Shown: positions 33,183 through 46,500, counted from the stretch's first letter. The stretch: DNA of 64,000 nucleotides from Caecitellus pseudoparvulus (GCA_965644315.1 CBFFRQ010000089.1:620001-684000), one strand, 5' to 3'. Program-made: numbers and translations. Notes: generated by a model not told the origin, from the letters alone.

Positions 33183-36100
33183 ATGGATGGAGCGTCTGCC
33201 CACCCACCGCCATCAGAACAACCTCAAAGTATCGTGCGACTTAGGCTGTCCGAGGGTGCCCCGGGTCTGTCCAGTAGTCATTCACTGCCATGCTTGCCAA
33301 GTCGAGCCGACAGCCAAGGCGCTGAGCCCAGGTCAAGACTGGCATTTGGCACCTCATTCGTAAAGCGCAGGGCACGAAGAGTGGACATGCTGAGTCCCGC
33401 TGGGGCGCACAGCGAGTTCAGTCCTTTGCGTGCAGCCCTGCTTCCCTTGCCCCACGCTGAGGATATGCAAGCCGGGACGCAAACGAGCCCACAGCGCGCA
33501 GCCAGGTCAAGTGAGGCAGCTGCTACTGAAAAGGGTATTGGCCCGAATATACGGCAGCCCCGAGCGACACAGTATCCAAACGTGCACACGGATGTGACCG
33601 ACCCGGCGCTTGCCATGCTCGCGGAAGCCGTTGGAGACCTTCGCAATCGACGCCACAGAGTGGCTTCTAGCGCAGAGCAGTCTGAAAACAAAGAGCGAAG
33701 GGGGCGAGATGCTGGAGAGGTGCAGCTTGGTTTGAAGTCCGTTCCGAGGCTGCAGCTGCGACGCATCGAGGGCAGTCCTGCCACTGCTGCAGAGCAAGGT
33801 GCCAGGCAGAGCGCACCCATCGTGCTGAGGAAGGCTCTGCAACGAGCACAGGCAACTGCTACAGGGACCCCAGAGGATAGAAGAGCGGCTAACGTGCCAC
33901 TGCACAGTAGTCCTGCACAAGCTCTTGCTCGACCGGAGTGTCTGGGCACCCCAGGGCAAGCCTCCAACCACGGGCAGCGCGGGCAGGGGCCTCAACGCAC
34001 GCGGGCCGCAGCTTCCCAAACTCACCTGGCTCCCCCTAGCCCACTGTCACGTTTAAGGGAGCTGCAGGTGAGCGGAGGGGCTTTGAGATGGGCCTCCACT
34101 GCGGATCTCAGCTCTGCACAGGTTCGAGGTGCAGGACTTCCGCCAAGTGCAGCTCCAATCGCTCGCAGGGAAGTCCAGGCCAGCCTGTGGCAGGCATCGC
34201 CCGCAACACCCGTGCGACAGACGTGCAGTGGACAAAAGCCCCGCACCCCGGTCGGCCAATCAAGGCATCGGCCTTCCTCTGCCGCCCAGCATGTGAGCAG
34301 GTTGATCAGCACCCTACCTGACGAACACTGCCGTGCCAAGGTGCTCGATGGGGGCCTTCATCAGCGGGGAGCATATGCCAGGTGGAGTTGGTCTTTTGAC
34401 TCTGGAGATATGGAGCGACCAGAAACCATGCCAGCCAGCCACGCACAACTGCCTCATTCAGCGCCTGCCCAGTCGCAACGCTCGCCTCGGACGCCAACCG
34501 GTCAGACGGCCCACCTGGGGTCTGAACTTCTCAGTATGACAGCCAACCCCACCCACCCACTCAGGTCTGAGCCGTCACATGTCGGGGAGAGGAAGCCTTA
34601 TCTTCATCATGCACAAGCTGCTGTCCCTATTGCAGCAGACCTGCCTTCCCGGCACCTGGCTGAGCAGGAGTCCAGTGGTGTACCAGCCACTGTGGCGCGA
34701 CTTGCTGAAGCTCCGCACGTGTACCACGTGGCTTCGACAGGAAGCAGTGGTGTAGACAGCCTGGCAGACACGTCCACTCCTCGACAGCTTAGGCTTCCAC
34801 AGCGGCAGACACGTCCGAGCGGCAGCACCGATGCTCCTCCGGTGTCCGGCACCAAGCCAGTCAGCCAGACCCGCACTTCTGCCCCTGAAGCCCGCAATTG
34901 GGGAAGCTCACATCCAAGTTTACCAAAAAGTGGAGGCAAGCGGTCCGTTCTGTCCCAGGCTGTGACCAGCAAGCGGTCCGTTCCGTCCCAGGCCATCAAG
35001 GGCAAGCATGGCCGATCACGTGGGACCGCACACAGACCGGCTCACTGGCCCCAGCGAAACAAGCACGACCAGGAACAAGCACAACAAAGTCGCTACGCAG
35101 CTCATCAAGCATTTAAAGCAGCTCAGGCGCAGGGGTCCACTGTTCGCATCTCCAAGACGCCGTGGGGGACCACGGAGGCAGATGCAGCAGGTCAGGAGCC
35201 GCCGAGCAGCAGGTCTGGCGCAGCTCTAGGCTGCACAGACTCAGATGCGAGTACACCAAGGCGCAGCAGCACCACAAGAGAGTACAGTGTGCACGATGTG
35301 CTGGAGACACACGACGACCTGACACCCTCTGCTGCTGTCCTTGCTCTGGAGAGGGAGGTGTCTTCGGACATGTCCAGCCACCAAGGCACCAGTGACGTAG
35401 CTTCGGCTCGAGGTGCAGTGGCTGCAAGTGGCGATACTTTGAATCTCCTGGAACAAGTGCTTTCATCACAGTCAGGTGTGCTGCGTCCAGTTTCGGGTCG
35501 CAAGCCAGTCCGCTTGCGCCGCGCAAGCACCTTGCCCCTGCGTCAGAGGCAGCAGCGAGGGCAGCGGGTTGAAGCGGGGGAGCTGGCTGCTCTGGCAGAA
35601 GAAAAGGCTGCCAGGACCAAGTCAAGGCTTCGGGCTGAGGAAGGCAGCAAAGACTTGGGTGCACACTCTGCGGGTGACGAAGTCCTGGACACAGACTCCA
35701 GCACAGGCGACTCATCAAGGTTTTCCTCATCAAGCACGGCAGAGGACACACCTCGGCCTGTTCGTGAAGTCCAACTTCCAGCAACATCAGACTTTGTGTC
35801 AGCCTCTGATGCGGTTCTGCAGGGGCTGGGCGTCGCATGGGCGCCTCATGTGGCTGTATGTGAAGACCCTGTCCTGCGTCGATCCGTGGTGGAGGATGGA
35901 CATGGCCCCTTGCTGAACACCACTCTTGCTCAAGCACTTCACAGCCGGGCCGTACCAAGGGCCCTCATACAATCTTCCTTGCAGAAGCTGGACCGCAGCC
36001 GGCCGATTTCAAGCCATCAACTGCAGACTGCGTTGGTGGCAGCATCCTCTGAGAAGTCTGTTGCCGCTGCGGCCAGGCTGCCCGAAGATCGACGAGAAGG

Positions 36101-37502
36101 CGCTTCACATGCGAGCAGTGAATCAGTGCCTCTCAGCAGCCTCGTGCGCATGATTAGCGGGGCTGACGACGCCAGAGACGAGCGCGCGGACGCAAGCAGG
36201 CGCCAGCGTGCTGCTGCGCATCGGCAACGCAAGAGGCTCTTGCGCAGCAACCGGGAAGAAGCCTGGCGAAACACGGCATCCGTCCAGGGAGATGGTGCAA
36301 GTCAGCACCTTCGAGAGGCGGGTGCCGCCGCTGTGGATGCCAGTGGCTCCAGCGACAGCGAGTCGGACCAGATGGGGGACTGGTCTCGCACTGCTCTGGC
36401 TTCACGGGCTCGTGGGCGGTTCCTTGCGTCTCAAAGGGCGAGCAGGGTAGCTGAAGTTGACTTCATCTTGTCCGATCCAGATTTCTTGAGCCGACGGACG
36501 CGCCAGGAAGTTGACAAAGAGACAGCCTTGAAGAACAGCATGTTGAAGGAGGACGAGGAAGACATGGAAGCTGCTTTGCTTGAAGAGGCGCGGCGGGATG
36601 AAGCGCGAAAAGTGGCTTGGACCCAGCTCATGTACGATGTCGCCCGCGAGGGTGCTGCCTCAGTGGCCCGCAGGCGTCGACGGGCTGCTCACGATGCAGC
36701 TACAGCGCAGCGGGAGCGGGAGCTCATGCTGCAGGAAGACTTGGCTGCGGCACAACGAGAAGCAGCAGACCGCAAGGCCCGTAAAGCACGAGAAGCTGAT
36801 CGGGTACTGGCCTTCTCTGCTTTTGTGCCTGCCATGGACCCTTCAGATGCTGTGTTGAGCAGAGCAGAGTGGCAGGCAAACGCGGGCTCAACGAAGTCTC
36901 CAGCCTCTCCAGCCATCGAACGCGACACGAGCATGGGAACCTTGGACCGAGGCTTGTCGAGGGACAGTGCAGAGGCTGTCCGTGCATCCCCGCTCACAGA
37001 GTTGCTCCCACGCGTGGCCACGCCGGAGTCTCGGCAAGTGACAGCTGCGTCCTTATTCAAACTGTCGCAGCTGTCCAGCACCGCCAGGTCGAGGTCCATG
37101 CCGGCCACGGTACGCACTGTCCAGCTCAAGCCGGGCGCAACCTCGACTCAACAGCAAAGGGGTACGGCTACGCCTTCGGCTGGCAGCGTGCGTGGCAGCA
37201 GGCACAGGTCGTGTGCAAGCGCCAGCAGCAAGGAGCCCCTGCCAAGCACGCCTCCACGACGGGTACTTGTTCACTCCAGCTCTGGCACCTTGCAACTGTC
37301 GGCATCAGCACAGGAGCTCCCAGCCTCGTATACGCTCTCAGGGACAGTCCTGGCGGGGCCGGCCAGCGTTGAGAGAACTCGGGCATCAACCCCGCTGCTG
37401 CCACCGCTCCCCCAAAGCCGGCAGTCAGCCAGTCGTTCCAGCCTCCGCAGCGCGACCAGCAGCGAGGCGAAGAAGTTTCTTCTCTTTGGCCTGCAGGTGT
37501 GA
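33183..37502 (+). CDS. Large low-complexity, probably disordered hypothetical protein (1439 aa) with a charged coiled-coil region
   Basis: 4.3-kb uninterrupted ORF filling the gap between FAD2 and the Sfi1-like gene; rich in S/P/A/R; no recognisable domain. Confidence 0.65.
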   Translation: MDGASAHPPPSEQPQSIVRLRLSEGAPGLSSSHSLPCLPSRADSQGAEPRSRLAFGTSFVKRRARRVDMLSPAGAHSEFSPLRAALLPLPHAEDMQAGTQTSPQRAARSSEAAATEKGIGPNIRQPRATQYPNVHTDVTDPALAMLAEAVGDLRNRRHRVASSAEQSENKERRGRDAGEVQLGLKSVPRLQLRRIEGSPATAAEQGARQSAPIVLRKALQRAQATATGTPEDRRAANVPLHSSPAQALARPECLGTPGQASNHGQRGQGPQRTRAAASQTHLAPPSPLSRLRELQVSGGALRWASTADLSSAQVRGAGLPPSAAPIARREVQASLWQASPATPVRQTCSGQKPRTPVGQSRHRPSSAAQHVSRLISTLPDEHCRAKVLDGGLHQRGAYARWSWSFDSGDMERPETMPASHAQLPHSAPAQSQRSPRTPTGQTAHLGSELLSMTANPTHPLRSEPSHVGERKPYLHHAQAAVPIAADLPSRHLAEQESSGVPATVARLAEAPHVYHVASTGSSGVDSLADTSTPRQLRLPQRQTRPSGSTDAPPVSGTKPVSQTRTSAPEARNWGSSHPSLPKSGGKRSVLSQAVTSKRSVPSQAIKGKHGRSRGTAHRPAHWPQRNKHDQEQAQQSRYAAHQAFKAAQAQGSTVRISKTPWGTTEADAAGQEPPSSRSGAALGCTDSDASTPRRSSTTREYSVHDVLETHDDLTPSAAVLALEREVSSDMSSHQGTSDVASARGAVAASGDTLNLLEQVLSSQSGVLRPVSGRKPVRLRRASTLPLRQRQQRGQRVEAGELAALAEEKAARTKSRLRAEEGSKDLGAHSAGDEVLDTDSSTGDSSRFSSSSTAEDTPRPVREVQLPATSDFVSASDAVLQGLGVAWAPHVAVCEDPVLRRSVVEDGHGPLLNTTLAQALHSRAVPRALIQSSLQKLDRSRPISSHQLQTALVAASSEKSVAAAARLPEDRREGASHASSESVPLSSLVRMISGADDARDERADASRRQRAAAHRQRKRLLRSNREEAWRNTASVQGDGASQHLREAGAAAVDASGSSDSESDQMGDWSRTALASRARGRFLASQRASRVAEVDFILSDPDFLSRRTRQEVDKETALKNSMLKEDEEDMEAALLEEARRDEARKVAWTQLMYDVAREGAASVARRRRRAAHDAATAQRERELMLQEDLAAAQREAADRKARKAREADRVLAFSAFVPAMDPSDAVLSRAEWQANAGSTKSPASPAIERDTSMGTLDRGLSRDSAEAVRASPLTELLPRVATPESRQVTAASLFKLSQLSSTARSRSMPATVRTVQLKPGATSTQQQRGTATPSAGSVRGSRHRSCASASSKEPLPSTPPRRVLVHSSSGTLQLSASAQELPASYTLSGTVLAGPASVERTRASTPLLPPLPQSRQSASRSSLRSATSSEAKKFLLFGLQV

Positions 37503-37583
37503 GTCGACGGCAGGCTGACAGGGCAAGTTGGCATGTCCGTCTGCGTAGGGTGAGGCAAGGGCGCCCGTCGATTGGCATTGCAT

Positions 37584-40500
37584 TCACTCCCACCCAGGCC
37601 CGTTGGAATGCGGCGTCTGAGCCACTTGGTCAGCGAAGGACATGTCGCTCGTGCCGACGACTCGCCCATCTGGTGCGACAGTGACTGTCGCAGCAGGCAC
37701 CAACAACATCCCCCCGAATCCATCCGGTACGAGGGTGTACACTGACCCAGGCTGTGCGCTGGGTGTTGCAGTCACACGTGCGGACTGTGGCGCTGAGCTG
37801 GGCACCCTGGATATGCCACTGAGACCCCCCATGGGCACACTGGCTCCAAATGCATCCTGCGCCATGGGAGTGAAGGCAGGACGCCCACTTGGGCCAGCTT
37901 GCGGAGTATGGAATGCCTGCCTGTGAACGCGCGCAGGGCCCGCAGACTGCGGCGTGTGCAAGCCGCCACTGTGCACGCTGCTAGACAGTCCCCACGTGCC
38001 TTGGCTGCTGCGATGGCGGTCACTGCCACGGGATGCGCTGCGAGGGGCCAGCCCAGACTTGGCTTCGAAGTACCCCAGTGAGGAGGCTTGGCTGGCCGTG
38101 GCAGGGGGCTGACGTGCCAGCGCGAGGGGGGAGGGCAGGGAGGCGGTGGACCTGCTGCCTCGCTTCCACGCACCCCCTCGCCATGCTGCCCACACTTTGC
38201 GCAGCACCGTGTACTTTCGAAACTTGCCGGCTCTGGCTGAACGCGCAGACGACACCGCCCGGATGCGGGTCGTTCTCACCCACTTACGCAGTGCGTGCAC
38301 GGCACGCAGTTGTCTGCTCCGGGCAAGCAGCTGCGCTAGGCCCCTGCTCTGAAGAGTCCACTTCTTCCACATGCCAAAGGCTGCAACAGTGGCGGCAGCA
38401 GACGACTGCTGGGCGATGCGGCCCAGGACGCGAAGCGCCGCTGCTCGTTGCTCCCGTCGCTCGCGTGCAAAGCATGCCCACCTCTGGAACGCACGGCTGG
38501 CCGTGTTGTGGGTCATGCGGGTGAGTGCCGTGCGCAGCAGCTCGTCGCGCCGGTGCACAGCTGCAGTGCTGCCGCCCTTCCACCTCTGCAGCGCTCCACT
38601 CAGCAGGCACGAGCGGTAGTGGATCTTGGCAATCGCCAGGTTACGCCATGCTGCCAGGGCCTGGCGTTGCCGGATGGCCTTGCAGCGTACGGACAAGGTG
38701 GCCGCAGTGGCGCGGGCCAGGCGAGCCCGGCGACATGCAGCGCGCCACTGCAACAGGCTGCTTTGAGCCCTCACCGTCAACCGAAGGGTGCGGTGCCGCT
38801 GGGCTTTGGCGGCAAGCGTCTTGTACCTCCAAGCCCGCACGGCCTTGCCTGCTGATGACAAGGCGAAGTGCCCAACTGCCTTGCCCATCAGCCGCTGCTC
38901 GTGGGCCTTGCCGTGCCAGGAGAGCAGCGCCGTGGCAGCACGACGGCGCAGGCTCTGTGCGGCAGCCAGGACTTCAACCTGGCGGAGGTTGCGCGCTCTG
39001 CGCACCTCTGACTTGAGCGCGGCGAATGCTGGGCGGAGGCACTGGGAAGTGAGTACTCGCGCGCGCATACGGTCAGTTGCAGCCAGCAAGCGCGTCGTGC
39101 GGCTCCAAACACGGAAGCCACGGCGCATGAGCAGCAGGCGGAGCAGCGTGTACCGCCGCATGGTGCGCAGCTTGATATCTTGTTCATGTGCCCACATGGC
39201 GCGCTTGGCCGACATGTCCACGACCCATCCGCGCCAGGCCAGCAGTGTGCGCAGTGCCTGCCCTCGCAGCACAGTTGCACGGGCGACCATCGTGCGGTGG
39301 GCCTCCGCTTGCCGGGCGGCGACGAAGTCTCTCCACGCCGTGAAAGCCTTGAGCTTGGAGCCTCCCTGCCAGAAGGCCACTGCCGTCTGCAGCACACGGC
39401 GTTCGTGTGCCGCAGCGTGGGCGTGACGGTGCCACGTTGAAAAGCTGGCCTTCAGCAGCGTGGCATTGCGGCTGGACAGGCGCTCCAGCACGCGCAGACC
39501 ACTGACGTGTCGGCGCCATGAGCGCCACGCTCCCGCGAGCTGGCGGTTGTGCCAGCTGACGATGACTCGCCGCGCAGCGCGACGCTGCAGAGTGGTCTGG
39601 TGCCACCTGTTGAAAGCCTTGGCATACATAATGTGGGCCCAGTATGCACGGGCCCGGCGTGCCGCAACCTCTTCCCGGGTGTGCTGTGCCCAGGCATAGA
39701 ACGTGCGGGCTGTGCGCCGCCCAGACCACAGCGCCACAAACTTGGCGAGGTTCGCCGCTACAGCCTTGCGCCAGCGGAATGCCTGCACCCATGCGTTGAA
39801 AAACGTCTGCGTGTCGGCCATGTACCGCCGCGCGATGACTGCCGCCGCCTTCTCGGCGAAGGCCTTGCGCTGCGCAGTGTACGCTCGCCAGGCCTGCCAC
39901 GCGCGCATTTCGGTGGAGCGCAGGAAGAAGGCGCCAGCTCGGGCAATGGACGCTTTGTTTTCCCGCCGAGTGCGAGTGTTGGCGGCCCAGCCCCGTACCG
40001 CGCGGGCGAGGGAGGAGTGCACCAAGGTTGCAGCGACGTGGTGTGCCACCTGCCGCCGGCGCTTTGCCTCGGCTGTCGCGCTTGCCCATGCGCGCACGGC
40101 CCTGGCAGCTCCTGAGGCTTGCATGGTGAGCAGGGCGCGCCGCATTTGGGCGCGTGCGTGGCGGCGTTGCTGCACGAAGTCCCACCAGGTCAGGACTGCC
40201 TTGCGCGTTCCCCGCAGCGCGAAAGCCCCTGCTGCCCGGTGCATCGTGGCTCGCGCATGTTGTCGCTGCGCCGTCCACTGAGCCCAGGTGCGTAGGGCCC
40301 CCGCTTCGGACGCACGCGTCCACGACAGCACTGCCTTGCGCATGGCCGCCTTGCGTTCCGCACGAGCTCGGGCGGCAGAGGCCCACGTCAGCACGACACG
40401 GGAAGCAGCGCCGTGCTGCCAGCGGGAGACGGCCCTGGCCATGAGGGCGCGGCCCTGGCGGCGCTCGCTTGCCCACGCAGCCCACGCCCGCACAGCCCCA

Positions 40501-43500
40501 CCCACACTCTGGTGCTGCCACCCAGCCACAGCTCGCCGCATCAACGCCTGTTGCGCTCTGTGCTCCCTGGTGGTACTTGCCCATGCCCGCACGAAGCGCG
40601 CCACCTTGGCGTGCTGCATGGTGGCCACGACGCGCCGCATCGTCGCCCGCTCCGCCTTGTGCTCAGCGACGGCGCCGGCCCACGTCCGCACACACCGTGC
40701 CACCTTGGCGTTCTGCATGGTGGCCACGATGCGTCTCATGGCAGTCTTCTGCGCCACACGCCGCTGCGTCCATTCCTGCCAGGCCAGCACAGCCCCCCGC
40801 TCAGCCTTCAGCATGAATGCTCCCAGCGCCAGGCGCTTCAGGCGGCGGCACTCACGCCGGCTGGCTGCCCACGCAGCCCACGCCCGCACAGCCCCACCCA
40901 CACTCTGATGCTGCCACCCAGCCACAGCTCGCCGCATCAACGCCTGTTGCGCTCTGTGCTCCCTGGTGGTTCTTGCCCATGCCCGCACGAAGCGCGCCAC
41001 CTTGGCGTGCTGCATGGTGGCCACGACGCGCCGCATCGTCGCCCTGTGCGCCACCCGCTGCTGGGCCCAGTGCTGCCAGGCCAGCACAGCCCCCCGCTGC
41101 TCCCGCATGGCAAACGCCTGCACGGCCTTGGTCATGAGTGCTTTGCTCTGCTTCGCCTCCGCGGTGGTGGCGGCCCAGGTTCGGAAGGCAGCGGCGACGG
41201 TGGCAGAGTTCCAGTGGCTGACGGCCGCCTGCAGTGCCGCCCTGTGCGAGCGGGCATCAGCCGCGTGCGTCTTCCATGTCAGGAAGGCCCTGGCCGCGGC
41301 AGAAGCGTTGAAGAATGCGAGGGCCTGACGGGCAGCGGTCCGGGCCCGCCGCCGACGCCGCGTTACCTCCACCCACCTGCGCACTGCCCCGGCAACGTGC
41401 CGTTGCGCCCACTGCACGGCAATGCGGCGCATGGACGCGTGTAGGCGAGTTTGTTCGCGAGTGTGGTGGGCCCACGCCCGCACGAAGCGCGCCACCTTGG
41501 CGTGCTGCATGGTGGCCACGACGCGCCGCATCGTGGCCCGGGCGTCGTGGGTGCGGCGCACACGTGCACGCCACGCGTCCAAGGCAGCCAGCACTTCCCT
41601 GTTCTGCCATCGCACGATGACTGCGCGGGAGGAGGCACGCAGTGCGCGGCGTGCTGCAGCCCACGCCGCCCACGTCCGCACTGCGCGCGCTGTGCCAGTG
41701 TGCATCCACGAGCCCACTGCGGCCTGCATGCGCTGGCGGTGTTGGGCGCGTGCGTGGGCGTGGGCGCGCCAGCTGCGCAGGGCACGGGCGGTGCTGGCAT
41801 GCTGCAGCACGCCCACCGCGTGGCGCATGCGGGCCCGGTCTGCTCGCCGCCCCTGCACCATGGCGCACCAGGCATGCCACGCACTGGCCAGGCTGCGGTT
41901 GCTCCACAGCCGCACTGCCGCCGCTTGTGCCGCGGCTGCCTGCGCAGCAGCTTCCGTCTGGCAGCGCCAGGTGCGGAAGGCGGCTGCCTGTGAAGCGTGC
42001 CGAATGCGCTGCACAACCCGCGTCATACTGCGGCGTGCAGTTGCCAGCGTCTCCGCATGGGCGCGCCAGGTGTTGAAAGCCTTGCGCTGGGTGCGGCCTG
42101 CCAGGGCTGCGTGGGCCGCCGCCAGCTTGCTGCGGTTCGCAGCTCGAGCGCGCACCCAGCCTGCCCATGTACGCACGGCAGCAGCGCTGCGCCTGTGCTG
42201 CCACTGCAGGAGGATGCTGGTGAGCTTGGTGCGCTGGGCACGGCTGCGGTCCGCACAGACACGCCACGCGTAGAAGACGCGGCGGGGCAGGTTCACATGC
42301 ACGAAGCGGTGCCGCAGGGCCGCACAGCTGCGGAAGAGAAAGGCTGTGCGCTGCCAGTGAGCGAGGAGCCTCGCCGTGTGCCGTGCCCGCAGCTCCGCAG
42401 CAAAGCGCGCGCCCACCTGGGCCACGGCCCTGCGCTCACGGCGGTGGGCGGTGTAGGCGGCCCACCGCCGGAACACCCCCCGCTGCGTGTTGCCGATGAG
42501 GAAGGTGAGGGCGGCGCGGCGGGCCCAGCGGCTTCGCTGGGCCCACGTCCGCCAGGCGGTGAACGCAGCTCGCTGGTTGCCCATGAGGCAGCGCGCAAGC
42601 ATGCCTTGCACTGCTTGGCGCTGGGTGCGGGAGACCGTTGCAGCAGCCTGCCACGCATGGAAGTGCGAAGCCAACACATCCCCTGTGCGCCTCGCGATGA
42701 AGCCTGCCAGGGAGGCACGTAGCTGTTTCGTGCGGTGGGCGTGCTGGGCCCACGCGTCAAAGGCGGCGCCCAGCCGGCGACTGTCAGCGCGCCAGAGGAA
42801 GTCCATGGCCACCGCGCGCACACGCTGGGAGCGCACCGTCTGCTGCCGCCAGGCGACGAAGGTGCGCTGCTTGACCGTGGCGGCAAAGTACCTACCAGCG
42901 ACACGCAGCAGGCGGTGGGTGCGTGCCCAGCGGTGCCACACAGCGAAGGAGTTGGCGAGGGTGGCCCGGCGGCAGTGCATGGAGGCGAGGATGTCGGTGA
43001 CGCGCTTGCGCCGGCGGCCCACAGCGAAGGCCAGCCAGGCGGACCATGCCCGGGCGGCGGGGCCTGCGCGCCACCGCTGCAGGGCCGCAGACACCAGCTC
43101 CGTGCCAGACATGGCTGGCTGGCCGCCCCTGGACGCCGCCAGTATGTCGGCGTCCTCCTCCTCCTCCGCATCCAGCCAGTCGTCGTACGCCTGGGGCGGC
43201 GCTTGGGTGGCGCTGGCGGAGAAGGCGCCGGTGCGGAGGGACTGCGCAGGCGTGAAGACAGGGGCCGACCGCCCCACACCTTGCAGCCACGGCGAGTGAC
43301 CGGGGGGACTCCACAGCGGGGCGGGCCCAGGCACCGGGACAGCGCCAGTGGTGGCAAGTGCCCAGGTGGCAGAGGCAGGTGTGCCCATCGCGCTGCCGTG
43401 GTGGGCCAGCGTGCCACCACTGGGAAGGCTTGCGCCATGTCGTCCCCCCAGCATGCCGTGGCTGCGCAGGCCTGGCAAGTTGAAGTCCAGGGACACGAGT

Positions 43501-46500
43501 TTGGTGCTGCGCCGCTCATCCGCCGCGTGCAGGCGGGTCACCAGGTGCAGCACGTCGCGCATCTCCTCCCGCCTGCGCAGCACGCGGGAGTACCAGGCGA
43601 TGAAGGCGCGCTGCTTGGCTTTCGCGCGTGCAAAGGCACAGACACGGGCCAGGGTGGCCCACCCCTGCAAGACACACAGCCGGCGTCGGCGGTGCACCGC
43701 AAGCTGCACCGCCTGTGCGCGCCTGCCCAGGGACACACAGTGGGCGGTGTACGCTTGCCAGGTGGCCCAGCAGCGCACCAGGGCACCCTTGCGCAGGCGT
43801 GTGACGACCTTGGCCCGCAGGTGCCCAGCTCGTGCTCGGCGCGCCCTGGCCTCGTACACCGCCACGCCCCAGCTGGTGAAGGCGCGCGCCAAGAGGCTGT
43901 TGTGCCAGCGGCTGACGGCAGCCCGCAGCGCCTGCGCCTCCGCCACCCGGGCCTTCCACGTGTTGAATGCGCGGTGCTGGGTGGAGGCGGTCCACTTGGC
44001 AGCTGCCGCCCTCATGGCGCGGCGCGTGCGTACAGCATCCTGCCAGGAGTTCAGGGCGTGCCCCACCTTGAGCAGCAGCATGCGGCGGATGGCGTGGGTG
44101 AGCACGGCCCGCTCAGCCCGTGCACCCGCCACGGCATCCGCCCAGCAGGTGAAGGTGGCTGCCAGGGTGCGGTTGGCCCACCGTGCCGCGACGGTGGCCA
44201 TGGCTGCCCGGTTGCGGCGGCGCGTGGCGGTCCACAGGCGCCAGGCGCACACCGCTCGGTGGGCCTTCACCCCCCGCAGACGCAGCACGACGGACAGCGC
44301 AGCCTGGCGCCGCTCCCCGGCCTGCAGCGTGCTCTGTCGCCACGACGCCAGGGCCTGTGCAGCCTTGAGGCTGGTCAGGCGTGCTAGCACACGGCGCAAG
44401 TTGGCGCGGTTGGCAGAGCGGGTGGCCACCCACTGACGCCACGTGGCCAGCGCAGCGCAGGTGTGTCGGTGCTGCAGTCGTGCCGCGACACGCATGCCGA
44501 CATTGCGCAGCCTGATGCGCTCCTGATGGGCTTGCACCCACCCGTGGAAGGCTGCCCGCAGCGCCCGCGCCTTCCACGCGCCCAGCACCCGTGCCGCCTG
44601 GGAACGCACCACTGCTGCCTGGTCAGCGTGTTCGCGCCAGGCAGTGAAGGCGCGTGCCAAGCAGGCACTCTGCATGCGCAGGATGGTGCGGCGCAGCAAG
44701 GCACGCTCACTGCGTGCTTGGGCGGCAGCGGCTGCCCAGGTCCGCACGGCGGCTGCTGCCTTGGACTGCTGCGCTGTGCGGACGACGGCCAGCATGGCCG
44801 CCTTGCGCCGGGCACGCTCGCCAGCCCAGGCACGCCAGGCCAGGAGGGCGCGCCGCGTGTGCCCGTGCTGCAGCGCTGCGACGACCCGGGCCATGGAGCG
44901 GCGCAAGGCGGCCCGGCGTGTGACTGCCTGGCGCCACGTGGCCACAGCCCGCGCTGCGTTGCGCTGCATGAGGCGCATGACCACGGCGCGCATGCGTCTG
45001 TGCAGGTCACGGGAGGCAGCGGCAGCGGCTGCCCAGGTCCGCACGGCGGCTGCCGCCTTGCCGTGGCGCAGTGTCGCCGCGACCCGGGCGGCAATGCCAC
45101 GCAGGCGCGCCTCCTCTGCCTGGTGCTGCTTCCACGCGGCGAAGCAGCGCAGGAGTGTGTTGCCCTGCAGCATGTGGGTGGCCTGGCGCACTTTTTGCCG
45201 CGCCACCCGCCGGGCCGCTGCCCAGTGCCGCCACTGCCGCACAGCCCGTCCAGCGTTGCGGCCTGCAAATGCGGCAGCCACAGCCACCATGGCAGACCGG
45301 CGTGCCGCCGACGCAGCTGCCGCGTCACGCCACGTGTTCAGGGCTCGCTTGACGCCGCCGCGCTGCAGAGTGGCCACCACCACCTGCATGCGGCGGCGTG
45401 CGCTGTGCCGCGCACCAAGCCACTGCCGCCAAGCTGCGACCGCCTGCGCTTCGTGGCGCCGGGCGAAGCGCTGTGCCACACAGCGCGCCCTGGTGCGCGT
45501 GGCCCGCCGCCCCGCCGCCCACTCACGCCACCTGCGCACGGCACGCGCCGTGTCACGGTGCAGGAAGGCCGCTGCCACGCGCACGCCCTTCGCGGCAACC
45601 TCCTTGGCTCGCGCCGTGTGCTCCGCCCACGTGGCGAAGGCACCGGCCGCTCGGCGGTTGGACATGCGGGCGAGGACAGTGCGGGCGGCCTGGCGCGTCG
45701 AGCGGCGGGCAGCGGCCCACTCCCTCCACGTGTTCAGGGCTTGCCCTGCACGTCCATGCAGCAGGCGCCCAGCCACAGCGCGGGCCCGTGCGTTCAGTGC
45801 CTGTGCTTGTTCGTGCTTGAAGAGCCATGCTCGCCAGGCCTTGACCAGGGTGAGGTGTCGAAAGGCCAGTGCTGCGTCAGCCATGCGGCGGCGCATGTGC
45901 TGCGCCTCCTTCGTGTTGCCGGCCCACGTGGCAAAGGCGCGTGCTGCCGTGGCATGGCGCCACAGGCTCAGCGCACGAGCGGTGGCGACCCTGGACGCCA
46001 CCGCCTCCCGTCGGAACTCCACCCACCGCCGGAACGCAGAGGCCTTGGTGGAGTGCAGCCAGAAGGCCAGCGCCCGCCGCACAGCAGCTTCGTGTGCCCG
46101 GCTGGCCATGACGTGGTCTCGCCACGTGTCCCACGCGCTCGCTAGGCGGGCGCTGCGCCAACGCAGCACCATGACTCCCATCGTGCTGCGTTGGCGCAGT
46201 GCCCGCTGCCAGGCGTGCAACCCTCCCTGCAGGCGAATGCGGCGGGAGCTGGCGGTGATGGCGCTGGCAGTTGCAGCCAGGCGGCGTGAGTGAGCGTGGT
46301 AGGCACGCCAGGCGGCGAAGGTGTTGGCCATGGCCGCCGTCTCCCGGGCCGCCTGCCGTGCCCGCAGCATCTGCATGCGGTGCGCCGCTTGTGCCATGCG
46401 TGCCAGCACTGCACTGGCACGGCGCCGGCGCATCACGCCACAAACGTGGGCCGATGCCGCCTGCGAGGCAGCGGCTGACGCGCGCAACGCGTCGAAGCAG

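Noticed and set aside
40471-41540. Direct repeats as a possible CRISPR array or mobile element
   Set aside because: The repeats are long, in frame, spaced by multiples of 99 nt inside a coding sequence, with no cas genes; the context is eukaryotic.
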